In this document: positions 23,694 through 33,230 of the stretch, piece after piece
How the letters are laid out: every line of letters begins with the position of its first letter
Position numbering within the stretch: the stretch's first letter is position 1
Virus record (IMG/VR): IMGVR_UViG_3300031701_000004
Coordinates: 1 to 38,331 of that record
Length of the DNA stretch: 38,331 bases
Direction: 5' to 3' (one strand)
DNA from: a virus
Taxonomy: Duplodnaviria > Caudoviricetes
The notes under the pieces: model-generated
The model's input: only the letters and a program-made list of their open reading frames with translations
What the model was told of the DNA's origin: nothing
Database searches by the model: none
Made by a program: the position numbers and the translations under genes

Positions 23694-26600
23694 TAGCCTT
23701 CGACCACCAGCAGTAGCTCCGTCAAGGTAATGATCTGGTCGGTATTGCTAGGATTGAAGATAACGATCACCTGAATCTCCTTGAAGGTCGTGGCGACTTT
23801 GCGAGCGGTCAGTGGCCGCCAAGCGGACCACGATGCAATACTACTTGTTCGTGTACTAAACTGGATCGACACCGCTGTGTTCCACTGACTCGGATCAGCG
23901 TATCCGCTCCAGGTGTTCCCCACCGCTGTCGTACTCTGCCAGGATGAAGGAAACGATTCCCATGTGTAGTCCTCGAATTGAGCGTGGACGATTGCCCCGA
24001 TTCGGTAGGTCGCCAGTGTCCCCGTGTCGAATGCTCCGGTCTGGAGTTTCGCCTGTGTCCCCGGCGTGGTGATCTCGTATGTCCGCACGGCTGTCAGTGT
24101 CATGTTGCTCGGTGTGGAGCCGCTCCAGTTGCTGGCGCTGAAGTCTTTTATCTGAGTGGTGCCACCAGTCCAGGCCGCCAGCGTGTTCGTTTCAGTGGCG
24201 ATGGCTACGCTTCCGAAATTCCCGGCACTCGTGACCCCTCGCACCATGTACTTCTCGGTCAGCCCGCTCGAAAGTGTCGGACACCATTCCCCTGTCACCA
24301 GTTTGCGATCATTGGTGGTTCCCACCGCCTGGCTCCCCACCCAGTCGAGACCACGCCGCACCTCGAACCTGTCTACGGTCTGGCTCGGCGAGTCCCATGA
24401 TATCTCGAGCAGGTCATCGTCCTGCGTGAGCGTCACGCCTGTCGGCGCATCTGGGCTTGTTCGCATCCCCGAAGCCACGAAGGTGATCGGCGTGGTCGAT
24501 GTCGGCTGGAGTTGTGCGCCAGTTGGCGATACCGCTGTCACTGCGATCTGCTGCGAGACTCCAGCGGCGAATGGCAATGTCACCTGGCTGGCGGGCCAGG
24601 CCACCGTCATCTGCAATGAATACCTCGCCGCAGAGTTCGCTCGAGTCCAGACCAGGGCACTGCCGATCGCCGTGTCATCGGGATACTGCCAGGAGATGGC
24701 CGCCTGGATCTCCTCGGTGCGAAGTTCCACGGCGGTCAGGTACAGGACTTCCCCCGGCGTGCTGTCAGGATCGAGAATGTCCACGAAGGTCGAGGCCGCC
24801 ACCACGATGCCATCATCGTGAATGTCCGGCGAGTAGACCAACCCCTCGATCTTCCGGCTGAGATCTCCGGTCGTGGTGATTGTCGAGATCACGATCTCCT
24901 TGCTGTGCGTTTCGTATGGCCCGAGCGTGTACAGATCTCCGGCTGCGGGCTGCACGGTCCAGGGCGCACCCACGGACAGCGATGCCCCGGCGGCATACGC
25001 CCCTGCGGCGCTGGAGATCGTCCTGGTCTCCCTCGAGTCATCACCACCACTACGAACCAGGATGGTGTAGTCCGTGCCCGCCTCGAGGACCACAGCCCTG
25101 TCCAGGGTGATGGCTGAAGAACCGCCGCCTGTGGCCCGGCCACCTTCTCCCCATCTCGGGATGTCGTGCTGGATTTGCACGAGGTCGCCAGGCTCGCAAG
25201 CCACCGCATCGATGTCTGCATCGAAGGTCACCACCTCGCCGAGTTTCTCGATGTTCATTCGGAATCTCGCCTCCCTGAGGGCTTGCGATTCCCTGGTCAC
25301 CCCTGGTAGCTCGAGCCGAATGACTCGCTGCGGGAGAAGCGCCGCCACCGCATCCGGGTCATCGATTCCGACCACATCGACCTGGTAATTGTTCGATGCA
25401 TTCAGGAACTGCACATCGACTCGGGTGGGTCGCTCGAGGCGGCTCGTGTATGACTGGCTCCAGGATCCGCTGATGATGTTTCCCATATTGAACATCTGCG
25501 AGGGTGTCCGGCTCCGCTCGAATTTCACCTTGATCAACTCGCCGACAGTGAAGAGCGTAGCCCGAGCAGTGGCGCACACGGTCAGGGCGGCTTCCCAGGC
25601 CGACACGCTGCCGTCGAATACGCCATCCCAGATCGCTCGCTTCTCGCTTCCATCTTGCCCATCGTCCACCAGTTCATCGCACCAATCGGCCCAGTCCTTG
25701 AATGACTGTAGATCGATGTTAGTGGACTCCACCCAGTTCCCGATGCCGTATCGATTGTTCGTCAGTAGGTCGTACACGATCCAGGCCGGGTTGTCGTAAG
25801 GTGCCGCATCAATGAAGAATGGCGTGGTCAGGCTCGCCCCATCCCACTTGGAGAATTTGCGCCCTGTCACCTTCGTGATGACATTGGGAACCGCCGAGCC
25901 GTTGATGCTGCTGTCGCTGTCGATCTGCAATCGCACGACTGCCATGTTCGGATAGGTGTAGACCTGATTCTGGATCTCCACCACGCTGTCCAGGCGTGTC
26001 CGGTATCCGTCGATGTCGGTGTCCACGCTTTCATGGTTCAACTCGAAGAGGTAGGTGCCCCGATCGGTGAGTAATCCCGGAGCAGTCATGACGACATCGA
26101 TGCTGTACAGGAATGGCCCCACCTGCTCGGCGGTGATGACCACTGGAGTCGTCACGCTCCACACGATGATCGGGTTCTCGTCGATGTCCACCTCGCTGGT
26201 GTTTCTGTATCTGTACCCGAGCGTCACGGTGCGAGCGACCACGCCGCTGGTGCCTGATGTGTACAGCCCTTCAGGGAATAGAACATTGAGCCGCACCTTG
26301 TCGACATCCGTGGTGGTCGTGTACGAAATCGGAGCGCCAGGTGATTCCGCACCATCAACATCTCCACCGCTTACCCCGGACGATGTGCAATTCGTCATCG
26401 TCAGTACAGCCGATCCTGTTCCGTGTCTGGTGGTGATGGTTCCACTCGTCAGAACCTCATCCATGTTCGAGAACGCCGATACCGAGTGAACACGAATCCA
26501 CCCGCCTGACCAACTCCCCTGTAGGACTACCGCTGTGCCTGTGATGCCATTCGATCCCGTGACCAATGCGCCGACTTGTGCATTTGATAGTGGCGACAAG

Positions 26601-27334
26601 GTGCCAGAGATCTCATACCAGGGCGATGTGATGAACCCCCCGGGCGGCAGGTCAATGCCCACCGTCTGCGTGGTGCGTGTCCCGTCACTCGCCAGGGCTG
26701 TCTGCGTGTTTGTTCCCAGGTTGCTGGTAACAGTGGCGAGACCAGCCGCATCATTCCCATTGATCGTTACGCTGTTGATCGCTGAGATCTCGCCCTCACA
26801 AAGTCCGATGGTCAGGTCGAGCGATGACCCGTATGGATTCCCTGACGATGCCGGGTTGTTCCCGATCAGGTCCATCTCCAGAACATTCCCAGCGATCGGA
26901 TGCGTGCCGTATGCGATCTTGATTGGTAGTCCTGCTGCGGCTGTCTGCTGTAGATTCTGGAATGTATAAGTGCTTGATGATGGACTCTCGAATGCTTGGA
27001 CCTCGGGCACGCCGAGGATCTTGCTGGCGACATAGTTGGTGCCTAATGAGATGGCGATCCACTTTAGGGCTTTCAGGAACCATGTCCCGATCGTGGCCCA
27101 GTCCTCAGGGAGCGGAGTGAAGATCGCCTGGCTGCCATCTTTAACTTCATGGGCTGACCAGTCCGCCGGGCGGATGGTCTTGCCATTATGGATGCACGCC
27201 CAGGAAGCACCATCGGCGGTCTCGCTCGGTGCGATCTGATCGAGTGTGGTGCCAACCTCCACCAGTTCCGTCTGGCGGGTAGCCCATCGCACCGGGAACA
27301 ATGAATCGAGGCGGCAGATTTCTATTTGATCCAT
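23693..27334 (-). CDS. Tail tip/central fibre protein, lambda gpI-gpJ-like fusion with FN3-like domains
   Basis: 1213 aa. GLPIKIAYG, LCEGEI, NPAWIVYDLLTNNRYGIG, QMFNMGNI, ACEPGDLVQIQH, ITLDR. Confidence 0.9.
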   Translation of the reverse strand: MDQIEICRLDSLFPVRWATRQTELVEVGTTLDQIAPSETADGASWACIHNGKTIRPADWSAHEVKDGSQAIFTPLPEDWATIGTWFLKALKWIAISLGTNYVASKILGVPEVQAFESPSSSTYTFQNLQQTAAAGLPIKIAYGTHPIAGNVLEMDLIGNNPASSGNPYGSSLDLTIGLCEGEISAINSVTINGNDAAGLATVTSNLGTNTQTALASDGTRTTQTVGIDLPPGGFITSPWYEISGTLSPLSNAQVGALVTGSNGITGTAVVLQGSWSGGWIRVHSVSAFSNMDEVLTSGTITTRHGTGSAVLTMTNCTSSGVSGGDVDGAESPGAPISYTTTTDVDKVRLNVLFPEGLYTSGTSGVVARTVTLGYRYRNTSEVDIDENPIIVWSVTTPVVITAEQVGPFLYSIDVVMTAPGLLTDRGTYLFELNHESVDTDIDGYRTRLDSVVEIQNQVYTYPNMAVVRLQIDSDSSINGSAVPNVITKVTGRKFSKWDGASLTTPFFIDAAPYDNPAWIVYDLLTNNRYGIGNWVESTNIDLQSFKDWADWCDELVDDGQDGSEKRAIWDGVFDGSVSAWEAALTVCATARATLFTVGELIKVKFERSRTPSQMFNMGNIISGSWSQSYTSRLERPTRVDVQFLNASNNYQVDVVGIDDPDAVAALLPQRVIRLELPGVTRESQALREARFRMNIEKLGEVVTFDADIDAVACEPGDLVQIQHDIPRWGEGGRATGGGSSAITLDRAVVLEAGTDYTILVRSGGDDSRETRTISSAAGAYAAGASLSVGAPWTVQPAAGDLYTLGPYETHSKEIVISTITTTGDLSRKIEGLVYSPDIHDDGIVVAASTFVDILDPDSTPGEVLYLTAVELRTEEIQAAISWQYPDDTAIGSALVWTRANSAARYSLQMTVAWPASQVTLPFAAGVSQQIAVTAVSPTGAQLQPTSTTPITFVASGMRTSPDAPTGVTLTQDDDLLEISWDSPSQTVDRFEVRRGLDWVGSQAVGTTNDRKLVTGEWCPTLSSGLTEKYMVRGVTSAGNFGSVAIATETNTLAAWTGGTTQIKDFSASNWSGSTPSNMTLTAVRTYEITTPGTQAKLQTGAFDTGTLATYRIGAIVHAQFEDYTWESFPSSWQSTTAVGNTWSGYADPSQWNTAVSIQFSTRTSSIASWSAWRPLTARKVATTFKEIQVIVIFNPSNTDQIITLTELLLVVEG

Positions 27335-27726
27335 GTGATGACCTCTACGGTTTCCTTTGACACCTTTTGGAAGGGCAATACATGAACACCGATGGCTCGA
27401 GTGGATTGGATGATGATGTTCTTGCCGATGTGTACAGCCACATGGGTGGCTCGAGGATTCTCGCTATGGGGATTCCGCATGATCAACAGGTCGCCCGGCT
27501 TCCGAGGTGCATCTTCAACATGGCATTCGTACTGGCTCAGGATGCTAGGGTCAACATCTCCCGGCGTGTACTTCCGCATCCACTGACTGGCGATGTCGAA
27601 ATCCAATGGGAACTCCAGACGGGTCAGCACCTCGAGCGCCAGGCCGAAACAATCGTAGGATTCCGGGCCGACTCCGCCGAGTTCGTAGGGCTTGCCGATC
27701 AGGTCATCCCAGGATCCAGGCGCCAT
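27322..27726 (-). CDS. NlpC/P60 tail-assembly protein (gpK-like, no MPN domain)
   Basis: LIGKPY..GG.GP..YDCFGL...PGDL...HVAV. Lies between the gpL- and gpJ-like genes. Confidence 0.88.
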   Translation of the reverse strand: MAPGSWDDLIGKPYELGGVGPESYDCFGLALEVLTRLEFPLDFDIASQWMRKYTPGDVDPSILSQYECHVEDAPRKPGDLLIMRNPHSENPRATHVAVHIGKNIIIQSTRAIGVHVLPFQKVSKETVEVITWIK

Positions 27727-28358
27727 CAGATTCTCCTCCTCGGTATTCCAGGGAAGCCGCCGAACCGGGCGGCGTTGTTGTGGGCTTCGCAGCCGTTCGA
27801 TCCTTCGAGGGTCTTATCGCAAGCCGTGCCTGATCCGGTTCCACCAGTGGCAATGACCCATCCGCACTCGCCGGATGCAAATGCCCATCGGCATCGGTGC
27901 CTGTAGTATGTCTGATGTGGAAGGTCCACCTCGAAGAATGGATGATGGCTCAGTCGGAAATTGACGGCCTCCTCGGTGGCGCTTACTTCTCTGATCATCA
28001 GGGTGGATTCGATGGTGGCGCTGCTCGATGCCAGGTTCGACTGGTGAACGATTCGCATGACCACTTTCCTGTCGAGCAGCCCGCCGTGGCTTTCCAGGTA
28101 GGCCGAGATCATCCGGTCCTGATTGCTCACCACGACATTGATGTATGGCAGGTCTCCGGCGCTGGTCTCCTCGATCTGCTCGAACCCGATAGGGAATGGC
28201 GAGTACACATTGCTGGCGAAGGTGATGGCCTGTTCATTGTTGACCAGGCGGAACACCTCGGTGTCGGTGATGTGGACCTCGAACAGGACAAGCCACGCCT
28301 CATCATCGTTGATGGCGTTCTTCGCTGTTTTGAGATCTGGATGAAGATCACGCACCAC
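27726..28358 (-). CDS. Minor tail protein, gpL-like
   Basis: CRW...ECGW...CDKT...GC..H..RFGGFPG Cys cluster of gpL-type proteins. Confidence 0.85.
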   Translation of the reverse strand: MVRDLHPDLKTAKNAINDDEAWLVLFEVHITDTEVFRLVNNEQAITFASNVYSPFPIGFEQIEETSAGDLPYINVVVSNQDRMISAYLESHGGLLDRKVVMRIVHQSNLASSSATIESTLMIREVSATEEAVNFRLSHHPFFEVDLPHQTYYRHRCRWAFASGECGWVIATGGTGSGTACDKTLEGSNGCEAHNNAARFGGFPGIPRRRI

Positions 28359-29901
28359 TGAGAACCTCCATCAACTGGCATCGGATCTCGAATGCCCCAG
28401 GAGCCAGCATCTCGATCTCGAGCGGGCTGACCAGGGCGGCGATCGATGTGGCTGCATCCCCTGGCGCTGTCCAGGTAAATGCCTCTTCACCGCCATCCCT
28501 GTCCTCGAAGAACTGCACGAGCGTGTCCCGCTCCGCCTCGGTGAGTACCCATCTCACATCGTAGGATCGACGGGCGGCTGTACCGAGCGGCCTCGAGTGC
28601 GTGTACGGGAACTCGAAATCTGCCCGGTGGACCCGCAATGTGTGGCTTGTTTTCGTAGTCCGCTCGACTGTGAATGGAAGAGTTCCCTGGCTCGACCCTT
28701 CGCCCGCAACTGTCAGCGGCACCAGTGCTACACCCTGGGCTGCTGGGAAGTGGGTGACGGTTCCGAACTCGTTAGTGTCTCGAGTGAGATGGACAGTCCC
28801 CATCCCGAGCGGCCAGTCTGTTCCAGGCTCGTACCTCCACTCGATGGCAAGGTATCGACCTTGCGGATCGCTGAGTAGCTCCGGGACATTTTGAACGGGA
28901 AAGTATACGCCGGAGAATAGCGCAGATGTCGATCCACTCGGTGCGGTGTTCGTGGCCGCCACTCGAGCCTTCACGCTTCCGCCGCCATTATTTAGCAGCC
29001 CTGTGAATGCTCCGCCCTGAGTGATTCCGAACTGATGCCAGTATTGATCATCCGCTCCGCTGTCGGCTGTCGAGGTCAAGCCATCGGAGTAGTATGAGAT
29101 CGTGCTGTTCAGGTTCGGCGATGCCCAGTAGGTGGAGGCCAGCGTGCCAGGTGTGACGAATGAATCAGAGGCGAGGGAGCGGTGCCACCACATCTCGATC
29201 GTAGGGTCAGCGATCCCGGAGGAGTTCAGCCGACCGAACTGATACGAGTTGGTGGCGATCGTGTCGTCGTGGCGTGCCACCCCTGTCACCGTCTGCACCT
29301 GCGTGGTGGTTCCATCGTCAACGACAAGATTGATGGCCCCTGTGCCCGTGGTATTAAACTCCCGAAGCAGCCGACAGTAGAACGGAGACGGGACAGCGCC
29401 GGGCGCACTTATCTGGCTGATCGGCACGGTCACCTGATCGAAGGTCACGGTGGTGGTGGAGGATTGCACAAACTGGAATCGCCAGGCTCCGCCCGTGTAT
29501 GCGATCTGGAAGATCCCCCTCGAGGGTGTTTGGTTGTCGTTGCCGAGGTACTTGACCCGGGCGATGTTCATGCTCCCCGAGATCAGCCCGATGAACTCTT
29601 CCCAGTGAGTTCCATGCCCGACCTTGTGGCTGGCGGCGAGGTATCCGTCCTGGACCCTGACCCCTCGATTGCCGATGGAGTTGTTGAATGATCCGGTGAA
29701 CCCGCCGGAGGTGATCCCCTGTGCCAGGTTATGGAATGGTGTGGAAATCGAGACCGCCCCGGAAACTGTCGGCAGTGCTGGCGGCTCGTCCACTCGCTGA
29801 TTCAGTAGCAGGTATGCGCCCGCTGTTGCCAGCACCGGAGAGGCTCCTGCTGAGTCCTGGAGGGACTCGAAGAATGCCGAGGGTAATGAGACCGAAGCCA
29901 T
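28348..29901 (-). CDS. Distal tail (gpM-like) domain with a ~400-aa N-terminal beta-rich extension
   Basis: C-terminal RSYDVRW.LTEAERDTLVQFF..RDGG.EAFTWTAPG. Lies between the tape measure and gpL genes. Confidence 0.75.
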   Translation of the reverse strand: MASVSLPSAFFESLQDSAGASPVLATAGAYLLLNQRVDEPPALPTVSGAVSISTPFHNLAQGITSGGFTGSFNNSIGNRGVRVQDGYLAASHKVGHGTHWEEFIGLISGSMNIARVKYLGNDNQTPSRGIFQIAYTGGAWRFQFVQSSTTTVTFDQVTVPISQISAPGAVPSPFYCRLLREFNTTGTGAINLVVDDGTTTQVQTVTGVARHDDTIATNSYQFGRLNSSGIADPTIEMWWHRSLASDSFVTPGTLASTYWASPNLNSTISYYSDGLTSTADSGADDQYWHQFGITQGGAFTGLLNNGGGSVKARVAATNTAPSGSTSALFSGVYFPVQNVPELLSDPQGRYLAIEWRYEPGTDWPLGMGTVHLTRDTNEFGTVTHFPAAQGVALVPLTVAGEGSSQGTLPFTVERTTKTSHTLRVHRADFEFPYTHSRPLGTAARRSYDVRWVLTEAERDTLVQFFEDRDGGEEAFTWTAPGDAATSIAALVSPLEIEMLAPGAFEIRCQLMEVLSGA

Positions 29902-32537
29902 CAGCGCATATCCCTACGGGTGGCCCTGGCGTTCCTCACTGCTCCCTCGATCGCTCGGCGACCAGCGGCACTGGTTAGCATCCGCTCAACGCTTGGGCCA
30001 TCGACGGCGCTGATGTTGATGTTGATGGTTTCCGATCCCCTGCTGGAGCCTCGGAAGTCCACCGGGATGGATCGGCCATTCGGTAGCGGGACAACAGCCT
30101 CGCTCTGCCCGCCCTCGCCAATCATCGCCAGTGTTGGATTGTTGACAATCCCGCCGTGTGCGAACTCTTCCACACCTGCCCCTTGTCCCCAGTCAACCCA
30201 GCCATTACCACCGCCGCCTGAGCCACCACCACCGCCAGTGGAGAAGCCAGCAGAGAGGAGGAGTTCGGCGAACTGCTGGACAACTTTCTGCGCCATCAGC
30301 CTGTTGATCTCGCTGAGTACCGAGCGCAGGAATGATTTAAATGCCTCTTCACCTCGAGCGGTTCCCGCTGCGACACTATCGAAGAATCTGGCGAGCGAGT
30401 CCTCGGCGATTTTCACCACCCGCTCACCGAGGGCTTTGAATGTTTGCTCCAGTGTCTTCATGGGCTTGATGGCACCTTCGATCCCGCCCTTAAAACTCGC
30501 CCATGCCACCTTCGAGTTCTCCCAGAACACCACCAGCGAATCGTACCATCGCTCGGTTTCTACGGTGCCCCCTTCGAGATTATCGAGGATATCCCCGGTC
30601 TGCTTGACCAGGGCGACCAGCGCCTCCGGTGCCTTTTCTCCGAGGGCTGCAAGTTCCTTTTCTAGTTTCTTCAGTTCCCTGGATGCGCTCGCAATCTCAT
30701 CTGCATTCCAGTCGATGTCGGTCACTCCAAGCGCTGCGGACTGTATGCCCTCCACGATTTCAACGATCCTCACCGATTGCTTTTCAAAGTCCATCCGCTC
30801 GCTTAGATCCCTGAGTAGTTCATGCGATGTCTGCCCGGCGATCAGTGGCGTGTCCTTGTCGGGTTCCCATAACTTCGTCGCTCCAGTCGTCCGGATGAGG
30901 TTTTCACGCTCCGCCTCGATGGCCATTCGCTCCTTCTTCAGTGTGGCCCGCATCTTGAACAGCACCTGTAATTCCGCCCGTAACGCTTCCATCCCCGATG
31001 GCGATACCATCCGCTCGGCTAGTCCAGAAACCAATGACGGATCTTCCCTATCTGCCCCAGTCCTTCGGGCCTTTTCGATCTGACTATCTAGATCAAGGTT
31101 CCGTGCAATCTTACCCTGGACCACCAGCAACCTGTTCGCCATCTTCTCACGAGCCGCCATGAGTTTGTCCAGTCGGGTGTTCGACTTCTCCACCTCGGTC
31201 TCGATGAACATTCCCACGCCAGGGATATCGGAGAACGCATCGATCCAGTCCTGCATACTGCTGGCGAGTTGTCCCCACACGAATCGGATGCCCTCGACGG
31301 CCAGCAGGAATGAGTTAAGCATGAACATGAATCCACTGCTGAGCGTTTGCAACACTGGCAGCACTAGCAGGAATGACTTCCGAAACTCCAGCCCGGCGAT
31401 CCCCGCCCTGATTCTGAGTTCGTCCACCCTGGCGATGAGGCCATCGAGGTTGTCCCCGAGGCCATCGAATGCTGTATCTGCGAAGTCCATCGCCAGTACC
31501 TTCATCAGGCTCGTAAACTTGTCGAGCGTGACGGCGAGCGTGCCCTGCATCAGTTCGTAGGATGTATCGAGTTCGTCGAGCAGTCCCCGCTGTTCGGTCA
31601 GCATCTCATTGAATATCCGGCCCTGGTCGCTCGAAAGTTTCAATGCCCCACGATAGCCTCGCTGGTCTGCGAACACCTGGGCAAATGGAACACCGATGCG
31701 AAGTGCTTCCTCTCGGATGTCCACGATAGTCTGGCCGAAGTTTCTGCCCGCCAGCATACTCTCGGAGAACTCGATCCCCAGCGAGCGAAGCACCTTTTGC
31801 ATTCCCTCGGTCGGCTTGATGAATGCTTTCATCGTGCCAGCCAATTCGGTGGTCGCCTCTTCAGTGCTGCCAGCCGTTCTTGTGATCAAGGACAGCGACA
31901 CCAGCATCTGGTCGACATCGACATGGGCCGCCTCGAAGGATGCCCCGACCTTGCCGACATTGTTGGCGATCTCCTCGAGGGTCGTTTTCCCCTGGACCTG
32001 TGCAGCGAACAAGGACTGCGCCAGGGCGTTGATGCCATCTGCACCACTGACTCCGAATGAGTTGGCGACCACCGCCAGGCCGCTGACAGTTGCCGATAGG
32101 TCTGCTGATCCAGCGACTGCGAGCCGGGTGGCGATGTTCAAGGTTTCCATCGCATCGCTGGCCTTCGTTCCAGCACTGATGACATTGAACAAGCCATCGG
32201 CCAGTTTCTCTGGTGCGATGCCCGATTCAATGGATAGGCGCTGGACCTGTTCGGTGAAGCCCTCGAGACTATCCCGTGCTTCCTTCCCGAGCGTGCCGAC
32301 CTTCGCCATCTCCCTGTTGAACTCAGCCGGACCACGGACCAGTGCCTGGAACCCGCCGAGGACTGCGAGCAGCGCCACCGCCTGAGTTCTGGCACCAGCC
32401 ATCATGCCTCGCATCGCACGCCCGGCTCTGATGGTCTGCGTCCTGATCGTGGCGAGACTCCTGCGTACCGCAGTAAATGCGGGCTTTGTCAGGTTCTTCG
32501 CCATGAGTCGGATGTTTAGTAGTGCGGAACTAGCCAT
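29901..32537 (-). CDS. Tape measure protein (TP901-type core)
   Basis: Long helical protein with LADGLFNVISAG, GKTTLEEIA and C-terminal FAHGGIV..PTLAMIGEGG.SEAVVPL. Start chosen at ATG 32537 (overlaps the upstream stop). Confidence 0.93.
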   Translation of the reverse strand: MASSALLNIRLMAKNLTKPAFTAVRRSLATIRTQTIRAGRAMRGMMAGARTQAVALLAVLGGFQALVRGPAEFNREMAKVGTLGKEARDSLEGFTEQVQRLSIESGIAPEKLADGLFNVISAGTKASDAMETLNIATRLAVAGSADLSATVSGLAVVANSFGVSGADGINALAQSLFAAQVQGKTTLEEIANNVGKVGASFEAAHVDVDQMLVSLSLITRTAGSTEEATTELAGTMKAFIKPTEGMQKVLRSLGIEFSESMLAGRNFGQTIVDIREEALRIGVPFAQVFADQRGYRGALKLSSDQGRIFNEMLTEQRGLLDELDTSYELMQGTLAVTLDKFTSLMKVLAMDFADTAFDGLGDNLDGLIARVDELRIRAGIAGLEFRKSFLLVLPVLQTLSSGFMFMLNSFLLAVEGIRFVWGQLASSMQDWIDAFSDIPGVGMFIETEVEKSNTRLDKLMAAREKMANRLLVVQGKIARNLDLDSQIEKARRTGADREDPSLVSGLAERMVSPSGMEALRAELQVLFKMRATLKKERMAIEAERENLIRTTGATKLWEPDKDTPLIAGQTSHELLRDLSERMDFEKQSVRIVEIVEGIQSAALGVTDIDWNADEIASASRELKKLEKELAALGEKAPEALVALVKQTGDILDNLEGGTVETERWYDSLVVFWENSKVAWASFKGGIEGAIKPMKTLEQTFKALGERVVKIAEDSLARFFDSVAAGTARGEEAFKSFLRSVLSEINRLMAQKVVQQFAELLLSAGFSTGGGGGSGGGGNGWVDWGQGAGVEEFAHGGIVNNPTLAMIGEGGQSEAVVPLPNGRSIPVDFRGSSRGSETININISAVDGPSVERMLTSAAGRRAIEGAVRNARATRRDMR

Positions 32538-32916
32538 CGGCATTCTCAATCGTTTGTATCTCGCCGACGACTACGGCATGAGCATCGAGGAAGGATTGCG
32601 ACTGGTCGAGGATGCCACCAGCCACTGGCCAATGGCCATCCTTGGCGTAAGCCACATACCGGATGACTGTCGAGATGGATGGGTCGATGAATTTGCGAGG
32701 GCATCGCTTCAGGCCGAGCGTACCTGTGCCATTGCATCTGGTGCAGTCAGGCCAGCGGCCACACCCGCAGGGATACCGATCGAGATCGTGCGGCGTGTCG
32801 GTGTCGCATCCCCAGTCGGCTCGGAACCGCTCGGCGGATTCCGTCCCCTGGGAACATATCGAACAGTCCATCGGGTAGAGTCCCATCGCCATCCTGGTTC
32901 CTATGATTAGTTTCCC
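32530..32916 (-). CDS. Tail assembly chaperone, frameshifted gpT-like portion (Cys-rich)
   Basis: The -1 frame is open from GGGAAAC (32916-32910) through MAMGLYP...GHWPVAGGILDQ to 32530. Confidence 0.75.
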   Translation of the reverse strand, partial: GKLIIGTRMAMGLYPMDCSICSQGTESAERFRADWGCDTDTPHDLDRYPCGCGRWPDCTRCNGTGTLGLKRCPRKFIDPSISTVIRYVAYAKDGHWPVAGGILDQSQSFLDAHAVVVGEIQTIENADG

Positions 32917-33230
32917 TGGTCGCCGCCAGTCAACCCCGACAGCGAGGCGATGAACTCAAATACCTTCACCGCTACATCGACAGGTAACGCATCGAGGTTG
33001 TCACCACTACATGGCAGGGCTGCGCCTTCGCCAGTGGTCACGCCGTCCCAACTCTTGACACACTTGTGCAGAACCTGGTAAACGCCATCGGCATTGGTCT
33101 CAACACTTGATAGCGTCTGCGACAGGCCCAGGACTTGCCGACCAGTAAGCGACACCACCGAGAATGTAGCACCCTCCACCTCGACGGTATGCTGCTGGGT
33201 CGGGTCGATTACAATCCCCACTACAGGCAA
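32907..33230 (-). CDS. Tail assembly chaperone, gpG-like
   Basis: 107 aa between the tube and tape measure genes. VKSWDGV; ends in a slippery heptamer. Confidence 0.8.
   Translation of the reverse strand: MPVVGIVIDPTQQHTVEVEGATFSVVSLTGRQVLGLSQTLSSVETNADGVYQVLHKCVKSWDGVTTGEGAALPCSGDNLDALPVDVAVKVFEFIASLSGLTGGDQGN
32910..32916 (-). other. -1 programmed frameshift slippery site GGGAAAC
   Basis: CAG GGA AAC TAA at the end of the chaperone gene. A -1 slip reads GGG AAA CTA ATC ATA GGA ACC AGG ATG, in frame with the downstream ORF. Confidence 0.85.

Noticed and set aside
27322-27726. NlpC/P60 protein as the endolysin
   Set aside because: It sits in the gpL-gpK-gpI/J tail-tip order and has no cell-wall-binding domain or link to the membrane-protein cassettes.
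29920-31083. 387-aa plus-strand ORF and similar long antisense ORFs over the capsid, terminase and tail genes
   Set aside because: They lie opposite well-supported genes, have no motifs, and are expected from GC-rich codon bias.
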